From a virus, in IMG/VR virus record IMGVR_UViG_3300020057_000035, positions 1-64,000 of that record: DNA of 64,000 bases; one strand, given 5' to 3'. A program made the position numbers and the translations under genes. The notes below the pieces were generated by a model. It was not told the origin of the DNA, ran no database searches, and worked only from the letters and a program-made list of their open reading frames with translations. Of this stretch, positions 39,988 to 50,900 are shown in pieces. Numbering within the stretch: position 1 is the stretch's first letter; each line of letters starts with the position of its first letter.

Positions 39988-40278
39988 ATGAGTAAAGCGT
40001 CAAATAAAGTTGCTTTAAGTCAACAAACTAAAATCCTAATAGTACTACAAGATACTGGATTAGAGTTAATTAGTTGGAATACTGATATGGATTTTTCAGT
40101 ATTTGAGACAGAGAAACCCCATATTAGACACGATATATATAGTCAACTTGCAGTCGTACTAAAGAGATTTAGTGCTGCTGAAAAAGCATGTAGGGTATTT
40201 GACGAATTGGGTTATGGTTCGGCTGAATTAGATGATTGGAGAGTACTGGCAAAAGGAAGACCAATACAAAATGAGTAA
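39988..40278 (+). CDS. Hypothetical protein
   Basis: ORF track. Confidence 0.6.
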   Translation: MSKASNKVALSQQTKILIVLQDTGLELISWNTDMDFSVFETEKPHIRHDIYSQLAVVLKRFSAAEKACRVFDELGYGSAELDDWRVLAKGRPIQNE

Positions 40279-40319
40279 TATAATAGAACAATGTTTAAAA
40301 TGTAAGAAATGGAGATATA

Positions 40320-40670
40320 ATGAGTATTTTATCTAATAAAAATCTACCAGTAGTAACTTTAGCCTCTTGGGAAGGCGTAATAACAAACACAAAAGAACAA
40401 GGGTATACAGACTCTGTTTCTATTCCTCCGTGGTTAGACATATGTGGATATGATCTTTCTTCTTGTATAGAATTTAATGCGGCTCCATTTTCTATTACTG
40501 ATATTGTTGAAGTTATGTTGCTTAAAGAAGGAGAGCGTGATAGTGGTGCTTGGGAGTGGATTATTACACTAAATAATCGCGATAAATATTTTATCCAAGG
40601 ATCGTGTGATTATACTGGTTGGGATTGTCAAAGTGGTGCAAGTTACGTAAGACTACCTCGTGAACGATAA
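40320..40670 (+). CDS. Hypothetical protein (GSCDYTGWDCQ)
   Basis: GGAG RBS. Confidence 0.7.
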   Translation: MSILSNKNLPVVTLASWEGVITNTKEQGYTDSVSIPPWLDICGYDLSSCIEFNAAPFSITDIVEVMLLKEGERDSGAWEWIITLNNRDKYFIQGSCDYTGWDCQSGASYVRLPRER

Positions 40671-41076
40671 CTCTTGCATGTGTACTCATACAAACGAGAA
40701 GTATTTCTTTAGTCTAGATGGGAAAGAATATGTTGATGAAGAATTAGCTTTAGTTAGATTACTTAGTGATGGTATTTTATTTTCTAACTCTCGCGATTAT
40801 TCTCTTACTTTAGATGGAAACCTTGTTAATGCCGGTCACACTATAGTTCTTTTTGTATCCTGTAACGATATTTTTTATTGGGGAACAGCAGATGGAGAAA
40901 ATATAAGTCATGATGAAATTGGTTCATTATTAAAAATGCATTTAGATGATCCAGAGTGGGGTAGTATAAAATGGTGTTGTAAAAAGCGTAATCTACAACC
41001 ACAAGTACCAGTTAAACTAGATATGATTACTGCTGGTGCGTGGGAAGAGTGGATGAATCAACTACCAGAACGATAA
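40660..41076 (+). CDS. Phage hypothetical protein (CNDIFYWGTAD)
   Basis: ORF track. Confidence 0.7.
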   Translation: MNDNSCMCTHTNEKYFFSLDGKEYVDEELALVRLLSDGILFSNSRDYSLTLDGNLVNAGHTIVLFVSCNDIFYWGTADGENISHDEIGSLLKMHLDDPEWGSIKWCCKKRNLQPQVPVKLDMITAGAWEEWMNQLPER

Positions 41077-41171
41077 TAATAAAGAAATTAATTAGTGAGT
41101 AGTTCATGAGGTAGAAAGCTGTCTCTTGACAAGCAGATGAAGTAGTGTTACGATATAAACAAGACTTAATT

Positions 41172-41245
41172 TCCGGGGTAGAACAGTGGTAGTTCGGTGA
41201 TCTTTGGAATCACACACGAGAGTTCGATTCTTTCCCCCGGAACCA
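41172..41245 (+). tRNA. tRNA-Gln(UUG)
   Basis: TCCGGGG/CCCCGGA; GTGAT-CTTTGGA-ATCAC; TTCGATT; CCA. Confidence 0.85.
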
Positions 41246-41309
41246 AATAGTGGCGCACTAGAATAGTAGAAGTTCGTAAGAGTCCAAATCTCCCCAAGAG
41301 TACTATTTT

Positions 41310-41383
41310 ACCACTATCGTTCAACGACAGGACATGTGACTGATATTCACATAATCTAAGTTTAATTCTTAGTAGTGGTACCA
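41310..41383 (+). tRNA. tRNA-Ile(GAU)
   Basis: ACCACTA/TAGTGGT; TGTGA-CTGATAT-TCACA; CCA. Confidence 0.8.
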
Positions 41384-41406
41384 ACTATAATAAGGAAATA
41401 TAAATA

Positions 41407-41799
41407 ATGATTGATTTTTTTAATTATGTAGAGAGTGAAGAGTTTTGTTTTTCTCAGAAAGCGCTGTCTATTTTAGATGCAAAAATAGACAGAATATATG
41501 AAGTAGAAGAAGAGTGGTCTAATAAACAGATATTAAATAACTCTCTAATGTGTGATAGAGCAGAAATGCTACTGACACTAAATCATAGAATGCCGGATAA
41601 TTTCGTAGATCCACATGACGAGGCGCTATTATGTTATTTAATACTAATGGGTTATTATAATGATGAAAAATTTATTAATTTGTGTAAATTAATTAGTAGA
41701 AATTATCCTAATTATAAGTTTTCTGTATTGTATTGCGATAGAGTATTACTTAGAAAACTAACTGATTTGATTAGAGAAAAAGATAGGTTATTAAGTTAA
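41407..41799 (+). CDS. Hypothetical protein
   Basis: ORF track. Confidence 0.6.
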   Translation: MIDFFNYVESEEFCFSQKALSILDAKIDRIYEVEEEWSNKQILNNSLMCDRAEMLLTLNHRMPDNFVDPHDEALLCYLILMGYYNDEKFINLCKLISRNYPNYKFSVLYCDRVLLRKLTDLIREKDRLLS

Positions 41800-41800
41800 C

Positions 41801-42898
41801 ATGAGCAATATGCGAAGCAAAGAAGAATCTGGTCTTAAAAGATTAAAAGTACCAACACATGTAGATCTGGAATTATTCAATAAATTAAAAGAAGAAGATT
41901 TATTAAGATCTCAAAAACACCCAATATATCCAATATCTATATGGAACTATACACAAAAAGTACAATTTGAAAAATTATGGACAGAAGAGACAATGATGGC
42001 TCGTGGTTTAGTTTTAGATAATATTACTGGTGAGATTTTAGCTAGACCATTTAAGAAGTTTTTTAATTTTGAGGAGCACTTCGGCCCACTTCCAGACGGA
42101 CCTTTCGACGTATGGGAGAAAAAAGATGGATCTTTGTTTATTTTGTTTCATTGGAGTGGTGGATGGATTGGGGCTACTAAAGGATCATTTGCTTCTGAAC
42201 AAGCCGTTGAAGGTATGAAAATTCTTATTGAAAAATATTCTGATACAATAGAAAAATTAAATAAAAAATCTACTTTTCTATTTGAAATTATATATCCAGA
42301 AAACAGAATAGTGCTTGATTATGGTAGTGTTAGAGATTTAATATTTCTTGCGGAAATAGAAACTAAAAGTGGTTTAGAATTAGGACCAGATACTTATTAT
42401 GGTTTTCCTATACCAGAATTCTTTGGTAAATTAGGAAGTAAAGAAAACCCATTAGATTTAAAGCTATTAGAAGTACCAAACAAAGAAGGCTTTGTTATTA
42501 AGTATACTTCCGGCCTAAGATTGAAACTTAAATTTGACGAGTACATTAGATTACACAAAGTAATGACAGGATTTACTGAGCGTAATGTTTGGGAATCTTT
42601 AATGCGTGGCGGCAGAGAAGAGTTAAATAGAGTTATTGATAGAGTACCGGACGAATTTTTCCTCTGGATAAATGAAGTGGCAACAAAATTAGAAATAAAA
42701 TTTAATGAAATAGAATCTACATCAATAAAAGATATGGTATTCATGCCAGAAGACACACGAGCAATACAGGCTGCATATATTAAAGACACAAAGTATCCAC
42801 GTATATTATTTGCTATGTTAGACTCAAAACCATACGCAGAAGGAATTTGGAAAATGATTCGACCTGTCTCCACGGAAGTTTTTCGCCTTGTGATATAA
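41801..42898 (+). CDS. RNA ligase, T4 Rnl1-like
   Basis: ARG, RPFKKFFN, motif I KKDGS, FEII, EGFV, KLK. Confidence 0.9.
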   Translation: MSNMRSKEESGLKRLKVPTHVDLELFNKLKEEDLLRSQKHPIYPISIWNYTQKVQFEKLWTEETMMARGLVLDNITGEILARPFKKFFNFEEHFGPLPDGPFDVWEKKDGSLFILFHWSGGWIGATKGSFASEQAVEGMKILIEKYSDTIEKLNKKSTFLFEIIYPENRIVLDYGSVRDLIFLAEIETKSGLELGPDTYYGFPIPEFFGKLGSKENPLDLKLLEVPNKEGFVIKYTSGLRLKLKFDEYIRLHKVMTGFTERNVWESLMRGGREELNRVIDRVPDEFFLWINEVATKLEIKFNEIESTSIKDMVFMPEDTRAIQAAYIKDTKYPRILFAMLDSKPYAEGIWKMIRPVSTEVFRLVI

Positions 42899-42906
42899 TA
42901 AAATAA

Positions 42907-43779
42907 AAGACCAAGAAGGTATATATTAATAGAAGATGGACTACTCACACATCTTTATTAAAACAAAATAAACACCATTCTATTATTCTTCAAAGGGCTT
43001 ATAATAAATATGGTGGAGAAAATTTTAAGTTAGAAATAATTGAAGAGTGCACAAAAGAAGAACTAAAAGACAGAGAACAAGAGTATTTAAACTACCAGAT
43101 TGGTAAATATAATATTTCTATTGATGCAGGTAACGGAATGAGGGGCAGACATCATTCAGATGAAACAAAAGCTAAAATAGGTAAAGCACATGCTGGTAAA
43201 ATTATGTCAGAGGATGCGCGAGAAAAAATAAGTAAGGCGGGTATTGGCAGACTAATATCAGAGGAAACACGGGAAAAATTAAGAAACAGAATAATCACAG
43301 AGGAAACACGGGAAAAATTAAGAATGGCAGGTATTGGGAGAGTGTGGACAGAAGAATCTAAAGCACTAATGAGTAAAAACTGCTGGCGCGGACCCCGCAC
43401 AGAAGAAGCTAAAGAAAAAATAAAAATAGCACAAACCGGTAAAACACGCACAGAGGAATGCAAGGCTAACATAAGTAAGGCAAATACTGGTAACATACAT
43501 ACAGAAGAAACTAAAGCTAAAATGAGAGGTAGAGTTGTCTCAGAAGAAACACGAGAAAAAATAAGAAAAAGTCTTCTTGGTAAACCACACACTGAGGAAA
43601 GAAAACTAAATATAAGTAAAAGTAAAAAAGGCATGTTGCTTACGGAAGAACATAAAGAAAAACTAAGTGCGTCCTGCTTAGGTAAGATTCATACAGACGA
43701 AGCTAAAGCAAAAATGAGCAAAAGTAAAAGAATAAGACGCTTATTAGAAATAAAAAATATTCCTTATCAAGAAAAGTAG
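42907..43779 (+). pseudogene. GIY-YIG/NUMOD3 homing endonuclease with damaged N-terminus (NUMOD3 repeats intact from 43138)
   Basis: Upstream in-frame KVYI-NRRW..H...LQRAYNKYG lacks an intact GIY-YIG motif and start; many HTEETKAKM repeats. Confidence 0.75.
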
Positions 43780-44197
43780 AGAATTAAAAGTGGAATTTTA
43801 CTGGAAAAGAAAAGAATGGTCTATATTAAAAACTAATTTAGTAAATATTTTAGTTGCTCCAGATAATAGATATTTATTAATTGTTGATAAAGATACTGAA
43901 ATTGCATGGCTTCCAACATATCTTAATATCCAAAAAGAAATAATAGAACTATTCGTACAACGCGAAAAAGATCCAAAAACTTTCTCAAAAGAACAAAGCG
44001 ATAAACTTTTAGAATTTGCGAAATATACATTACTTTGTACAAATTTACCTCTTTACAACGAGAAAGAAATGTGATACAATAAATAAACAATCTAACTGTG
44101 ATGTAGAGGTAATATATTTGCTTTGGGCGCAAACAGGCGTTGCCTTTAGTAGTGGAAGCAATTCACACAGTTCCATAAAGTTTAATGGAAATCAAAA

Positions 44198-44585
44198 ATG
44201 AAAACTTTTCTTTTCAATATATATAAAACGACAGCAGAAGTAGCTGAAACAGAAGTTAAAGCAAAAGACGAAAATGAGGCTTGGGAAATTTTTGTTTCGC
44301 AAGATTTAGGAACATTTACATGGAAGCTATTAAATACAGAAATAGAACTATTCGTACAACGCGAAAAAGATCCAAAAACTTTTTCAAAAGAACAAAGCGA
44401 GATCAAAAATGAAAACTTTTCTTTTCAATATATATAGGACAACAACAGAAGTAGCTGAAACAGAAGTTGAAGCAAAAGACGAAGATGAGGCTTGGGAAAT
44501 TTTTGTTTCCCAAGATGTAGGAACATTTACATGGAAGCTATTAAATACAGAAATAGATAGAGAAGAGATCATAGATGAATACTAA
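44198..44585 (+). CDS. Tandemly duplicated small gene (44198-44437 chimera; 44409-44585)
   Basis: MKTFLFNIY.TT.EVAETEV.AKDE.EAWE twice. Confidence 0.65.
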
Positions 44586-44888
44586 ATGGTAATAGAAGAT
44601 ATCGTAAAGTTAAATGATTTAGTTATGGTAGATTTTTGGGCACCTTGGTGTGGGCCTTGTAAAACAATAAGTCCAATATTAGATGAAATAGAAAAAGAAA
44701 ACAGTAATATTACAGTAGTAAAAATAAATATAGATGAAAATTCAGAAATGCCAACAAAATTTGGCATAAGATCTTTACCATCAGTAATATTTTTCAAAAG
44801 AGGTAGTATAGATCCAATCGCTATGATGAGTGGAGCACAACCAAAAGCAAAGTTTTTGAATAAAATAACTTCAATATTATATGCTTAG
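44586..44888 (+). CDS. trxA: Thioredoxin
   Basis: DFWAPWCGPC. Confidence 0.95.
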   Translation: MVIEDIVKLNDLVMVDFWAPWCGPCKTISPILDEIEKENSNITVVKINIDENSEMPTKFGIRSLPSVIFFKRGSIDPIAMMSGAQPKAKFLNKITSILYA

Positions 44889-44955
44889 TATAGGAACTAC
44901 TTTTAGTGGTATTGGTGCTCCAGAGCAGGCATATAAACAGCTAGGAAGTACTATG
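44881..44955 (+). pseudogene. N-terminal fragment of a C5-cytosine DNA methyltransferase
   Basis: MLSIGTTFSGIGAPEQA (motif I), cut off by a GC-rich insert. Confidence 0.6.
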
Positions 44956-44990
44956 ACCCGGTTGGGCAGGGCAAGTTAGACTTGGGATAG

Positions 44991-45067
44991 GGGTGATTAG
45001 CTCAGTCGGCTAGAGCACCTCCTTTACACGGAGGGGGTCGGGGGTTCGAGTCCCTCATCGCCCACCA
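44991..45067 (+). tRNA. tRNA-Val(UAC), canonical GC-rich bacterial type
   Basis: Perfect cloverleaf, CCTCC-TTTACAC-GGAGG, GGTTCGAGTCC, CCA. Confidence 0.95.
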
Positions 45068-45660
45068 GACTCCCTCAATTGGCGTAGGCCGGACGTTCGA
45101 GCTTGCCTCGGTGCTCGCTGCCTTCTCGGCGGAAGTAGTCGCGCCAGGCCCGCACGCTGGACCAAACACCGGTGCTGACCAGCGGAATCGGTGCGTGGAG
45201 CGTCAGCCCCAGTCGTTCCGCATTCGCGAACGCCCGCATTACGCAATGTTGATGTGGTTGCTGGAGTAGATGATATTTATTGTGGATTAAGCACAAAAGT
45301 AGAAACATATGATAATGGAGATGTACTTCCTGCTTATGTTCACTATTTAGAAGAGCAGTGGAAATCTTGACAAAGACTGATGTTTTTGGTACACTACGTT
45401 TAGAGATAAGCATGAATAGAGAAAAAGTTTTAGTTTGGATAAAAACATTAGAGAGTGAAAAATATACACAAATAGATTTAATAAAAAGAAAAAATCTATC
45501 GAAAAAATAAAAGCCTTCGGAGAAAAATCCACTATTTAATATTATAAATATTAAACAAGATGTTTCGATGATAAGGAGAAAAACACATAGCAGTAAATGA
45601 TGCAATTAGACAAGCTGTTATGGTACAAGAGGCAATGACATATTTAAGGAAGATTAGAAA

Positions 45661-46134
45661 GTGAACACTATACCAAAAATAGATATTCCGAAAAAAGAAA
45701 AGTATGAATGGAATGAAGAATCAATAGCTACAGATAAATTAATGATAGCTAATATAATTTCTGAATTTACTCTAAAAGGAGATTTCACTTTATCTAATGG
45801 TGGAACCTCTGATACATATATAGATTTAAGAGCAGCTATTTTAACACACCCAAGATTTATAGGAAAATATATGAATTACATGGTTGGACCAGATAGTTAT
45901 CCAGTAGGAACAGGGGCTGGTGGGGCATTACTTCTTGGAGTAATGCAAAGAGAGGGGTTTTTATGGAATCCTAAGCCACATGGTATTGAGTGGAGTCCGC
46001 AACCTAAAGAAGGAATGAAAGTAGTTCTAGTAGACGATGTTCACACAACAGGTAATACAATAAAAAACCTTAGAGAAGCGTGTAAGAAACAGAAACTTAA
46101 TGTGATAAAAGAAATTGTACTTTACAGACGGTAG
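45661..46134 (+). CDS. pyrE: Type I phosphoribosyltransferase, orotate PRT-like
   Basis: GDFTLSNG..S..YIDLR; VVLVDDVHTTG PRPP loop. Confidence 0.75.
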   Translation: MNTIPKIDIPKKEKYEWNEESIATDKLMIANIISEFTLKGDFTLSNGGTSDTYIDLRAAILTHPRFIGKYMNYMVGPDSYPVGTGAGGALLLGVMQREGFLWNPKPHGIEWSPQPKEGMKVVLVDDVHTTGNTIKNLREACKKQKLNVIKEIVLYRR

Positions 46135-46632
46135 AGAATTCAATACATTATATAGACAACAGTGCTTCACAAGAAGGGATGGAATGATATACTGTAAGTA
46201 CATAATATTTAATTCACTGGTTAATAAGTGATGTCAGAATCAGGGTGGTTTTGGTTTATTATAACTTCCGCATTCATTGTTTGGTTAGAAAATATAAGTA
46301 TATATTTTGAAAATCGTCAATGTAATGAATGCAGAAGTTACAGAACTGAAGAATTAAATACAGAATTAAAGTGTTGGAATTGCGGTTCCACAAGAGAAAG
46401 AGGAAAAAGTAAATGGTTGAATTGGTAAGAGAAGAAATAATTCTTGATCGTAGAATAAGTCCTGTAACAAGAGAATCTATTATCGAAATAAAACGCCCCA
46501 TAGAGCATGAAATACTATCTACATTGGTTGTTTGCATAGTGAGTTTTATTACAGGTGTAGTTTCAGGTGTATTTTTCTTTTAGGGACTCTCAGCGCGTTC
46601 CTACTGCGTTCTAGAGGCATTCTAAGAGCAGC

Positions 46633-47448
46633 ATGACTATAAAGGTGGAGCTTCTTGATAGTATGGGGACAGACCTTGATCTTGTAAACTCAGCAAGAGT
46701 TTCTTATAACAAAGAATCTACTATGAATTTAGATTCTAGTTGGGAATTTCTTAAAGACATTGATTCCAGGTATCTTAATTGGGATGCTGTATTTAGAGAT
46801 TATGGCTCATTAACAAAAAGAGATATAGGGATATCTAATTCATTATCTGCTAATGGTCACACTAGTCCCTCTGAACAAATAGAGTTTAGATTTAGAATAG
46901 AATGTCCTATTAGTGTAGCTAGAGAGATATTTAGAACTAGAATTGCTGAATACAATGAGATTAGTGCTAGATATACTAAAATGCCTAATGAATTTTATTT
47001 GCCTTTACCTGAGCATGTAAGAAGACAGACAGGTAAAGCGATGTCTTATACATTCGAATCAGTAGATAGTGAAAAAGCGGAAAGATTTATTGAAGAACTT
47101 GACAACATGTATAAGATAATGTATACTTTCTATGAACGATGGACAGAGGAAGAAGGATTAGCTAAAGAGTTAGTTCGTAATGTTTTACCTGTTGGTATGA
47201 TGACTAAATTTATCATGAAACTTAATTTACATAGTTTATTTAATTTTCTAGATTTGCGCTCTTCTGATCTAAATAGTGATTCTGGAGTAACTAATGCTTC
47301 TCAAGCTTTGTTGGAAATACGAATGGTAGCTGATGAAATGGAAAAACTAGCTACACCTATTGCTCCTATAGCGTTTGCTGGTTGGAGGAAAAGAAAAGCG
47401 CAATGGAATGAATTTTTAGAATGGAAAAAATCACAAGTAAATGTATAA
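46633..47448 (+). CDS. thyX: FAD-dependent thymidylate synthase
   Basis: SARVSY, H.SP.E, R.R...NEISARY, R..LP motifs. Confidence 0.9.
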   Translation: MTIKVELLDSMGTDLDLVNSARVSYNKESTMNLDSSWEFLKDIDSRYLNWDAVFRDYGSLTKRDIGISNSLSANGHTSPSEQIEFRFRIECPISVAREIFRTRIAEYNEISARYTKMPNEFYLPLPEHVRRQTGKAMSYTFESVDSEKAERFIEELDNMYKIMYTFYERWTEEEGLAKELVRNVLPVGMMTKFIMKLNLHSLFNFLDLRSSDLNSDSGVTNASQALLEIRMVADEMEKLATPIAPIAFAGWRKRKAQWNEFLEWKKSQVNV

Positions 47449-47776
47449 TTATAAAGCAGAGATATTGAGAGTTGTCGATGCCGACACCCTTCGTATCCGG
47501 TGCGATCTTGGGTTAAATATATTCACAGATGTTACTGTAAGATTATGGGGTATTGATGCTCCAGAACTATCTACAGTAGATGGAAAAGCAGCTAAGGCAT
47601 TTGTAGAATCTATGTGTCCTGTAGGATCTATTGTAGAAATAGAAACTATTAAAGACAAAAGAGAGAAATACGGACGGTATCTAGTGCGGGTTTACGTTCA
47701 ACCTGCGTTATTTTCTAAGTCGTTGAATACTATTTTAGTAGATAATGGACATGCGATTTATAGAAATTTTAAATAA
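47441..47776 (+). CDS. Thermonuclease (SNase family)
   Basis: VVDADT, RLWGIDAPE, KYGRYL. Confidence 0.9.
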   Translation: MYNYKAEILRVVDADTLRIRCDLGLNIFTDVTVRLWGIDAPELSTVDGKAAKAFVESMCPVGSIVEIETIKDKREKYGRYLVRVYVQPALFSKSLNTILVDNGHAIYRNFK

Positions 47777-47903
47777 GTAAATATATACAACAACAATAAT
47801 ATATATTACTAAAAAGAGACAATAATAAAGCTATTTTAGATGTAAAATTAAGTAATGGCCCGCGATATCGGGCCAATTTAGATCAGATTAATAAGGAAAA
47901 TAA

Positions 47904-50900
47904 ATGAAAACTGTAGATATTAAGTTAGGTGATTTTGAAAAAAAGGGAATATCAGCTCCAGATAGTTGGAGTGAAAAAGCAATAGGAATTGCAGCTAGAA
48001 TATATATGACACCAGATGAATATTCTATATATGATTTAATTGATAGAGTAGTAAATAGAATAGTAGAAACTGGTGAAAGATTAAATTATTTTCCTCAAGT
48101 CATCAAAAAAGAAGAGTTTAAATATAAATTAAGAGACATATTATTAGATCAAAAAGCAGCGTTTAATACACCAGTATGGTGTAACGTTGGTGTTCCACAC
48201 AGAGATGAACAATCATGGGCTTGTATTCAATATGATACTAGAATGCTCACTAATAGGGGACTGGAGAAAATAGGAGAAATAGAAAACCTAAATAGACTGT
48301 TTTATACTCCTAATGGATGGTCCGATGGTTTTTCTTGGAAAACAGGTACTAAAAAAACAATAAATATATCCTTATCTAACGGAATGAATATTACTACCAC
48401 ACTAGATCATAAGTTTGTAGTAGGAGAAGCATTAGAAGAAGCGCAGTTTTTAAATAATTTTAAACTTGAGCCTTTTTTAGGAAAAGGAAATTGGATTAAT
48501 GGAAACGATTTAGATTTGTCTTTCATAGAATTAACTAAATTGGGATACATACAAGGAGACGGATGCGTTAGTAATGAGGGGTGGGTTGGTTATTTCGGAG
48601 AGAAAGACAACGACGTTAGGGACTTTTTCGGAAACGAAGAAGGAACAATAAGATCATCTCAAGAAACTGGAATTTATTTTGGAAAATATACATCTCTCAA
48701 TAAAGCGGCGGATTTATTAGGTTTAGAAAGAGTCTCGTTGCCAAATAGAGATCTTCCTAAAAATTCTTTTACTTTAACACCAGAAGGCATGGCTGCTTTT
48801 CTTAGAGGACTATATAGCGCTAATGGATACGTGTTGGTTGATAAGAAAAATGCATCTAGGATATCCCTTAAGACGACTTCTATTTCTCTCGCTATAAACA
48901 CTCAAAGAATGTTATTAGCCTTGGGAATTAGATCTTCTGTAAATTCAAAGAAATCAAAAAATATAATTTGGAAAAACGGAGAATATATATCTAAAAAAGC
49001 TTACGAGCTTAATATTTTATCTAATGAATATAAGGAAAAATTTCAAGAATTAATTGGATTTATTCATGAATATAAAAATAATAAAATAAATACTGCTTTA
49101 TCCACTACTAAGAGAGAATCACGATATATTAAAATACCAGTAGTTATAAATATCGAAGAGATGGAAGAACAAGAGGTTTACGATTTTAACGTAAAGGATA
49201 ATTCTCATGTTGGGTGGGCAAATGGGTTTGCTGTTCATAACTGCCTGATCCTTGATGTAAAGGATAGTATGAAATCTATCGAAGAAGGGTGGCTTATAGA
49301 ATCTAAAACATTTCAAGGTGGAAGTGGAAGCGGTGTGAATGTTAGTAAGATTAGAGCAGATGGAGAACCTATAGTAGGTGGTGGATATGGAAGTGGACCT
49401 ATTTCACTATGGATGCGCCCCACAGACTCTATAGCTGGTGTAGTAAAATCTGGCGGGAAGTGTCTTGCTGGAAATCAAAAAGTCTATACAAATAATGGTC
49501 CAAAAGAAGTTAAAGAATTAGCAGATTCTAATGAGAAATTTATTGTTTTATCTTATGATCCTCCAGCTAAAAGATATAAAGCTAAATGGGCTTCGGCATG
49601 GAAAAGTGGACAAAAAGAAGTAATAAGAATAACTACAGATAAAGGATATTTTGATCTTTCTTATGATCATCCTATACGTTTATCTGATACTACAGTAGTT
49701 AAAACAGAAGATTTAGTAGTTGGGCAATCTTTATTTGCTTGTTCTATAGATGAATCAGAAGGATATGTTCGTGTTCATTTAAGGGATGGAAAAAAAGGAA
49801 AAGAAAAACTACATAGATTATTAGCTAAAGATATATTAAATGAAAAAATTGATGGAATGTCAGTTCATCATTTAGATTGTAATAAAACAAATAATTCTTT
49901 ACATAATATCGCAGTTCTTACTCAAAAGGAACATTCTGCAATACACGCTACTATGCAAGTAGAAAATAATTCTCATGTTTTTCAAATATCTACTTTTTCT
50001 CATGCAGGAATAGATAATGGAATGCATTCTTCAGGAACTTTTTGGAGCAATGAAGAAAAAGCTAAAGAATTTAGAAAGAAAAAATCTGAAGAGCTACTAA
50101 CTAGGGGTGATGCTGCTAATATGCAAAAAACAGCAGTTAAACAAAAAATGATTAATACTGGATTTAAATTAATTAATTTAGGTTGTGATATATCTACATT
50201 TGATAGCTATGTTTCTGCTAGAAAAACTAATATTGGACCATTAGGGTGTTCCACTAAAAAAATAGAAGAAAAATTTATAAATCAATTCGGAGGATACAAT
50301 AATTATATAAAAGAATTATCCAACCTTAATCATAGAGTAGTTTCTATAGAGTCTCTTGGTATTATGGATGTTTATAGTGTTGAAGTAGAGTGTCCAACTT
50401 TAGACGATAAAACATCTGAGTCTGGGCATAATTTCGTTATTTGGTCTAATGCTTCTGATAGTGTTTATGGAAGTGGAATAGTTGTATTTAATACACGTAG
50501 AGCTGCCAAATTAATTTGTATGGATGTTGATCATCCAGAAATAATGGATTTTATTAAATTAAAAGCAAAAGCAGAAAAAATGGCTAGAGATTTACTTAAT
50601 CTTGATTATGATATTTCGATGACTGGTAAAGACTCAGCTAATATACCGTTTCAAAATGCAAATAATAGCGTCAGAGTAACTGATAAATTTATGAATGCAG
50701 TAGAAAATGACTTAGATTGGGAAACCACATATAGAACAACAGGCGAGGTAGCGAAGACATATAAAGCGAGAGATTTATGGTATGAAATAGCAAAAGCTTC
50801 GTGGGACTGCGGTGATCCAGGACTCCAGTTTCATGATACTACTAACGCTATGAATAGTTGTTTGAATGACGGAGAAATAGTAGCAAGTAACCCGTGCGTT

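Noticed and set aside
41166-41384. 72-aa minus-strand ORF
   Set aside because: Overlaps two tRNA genes on the plus strand
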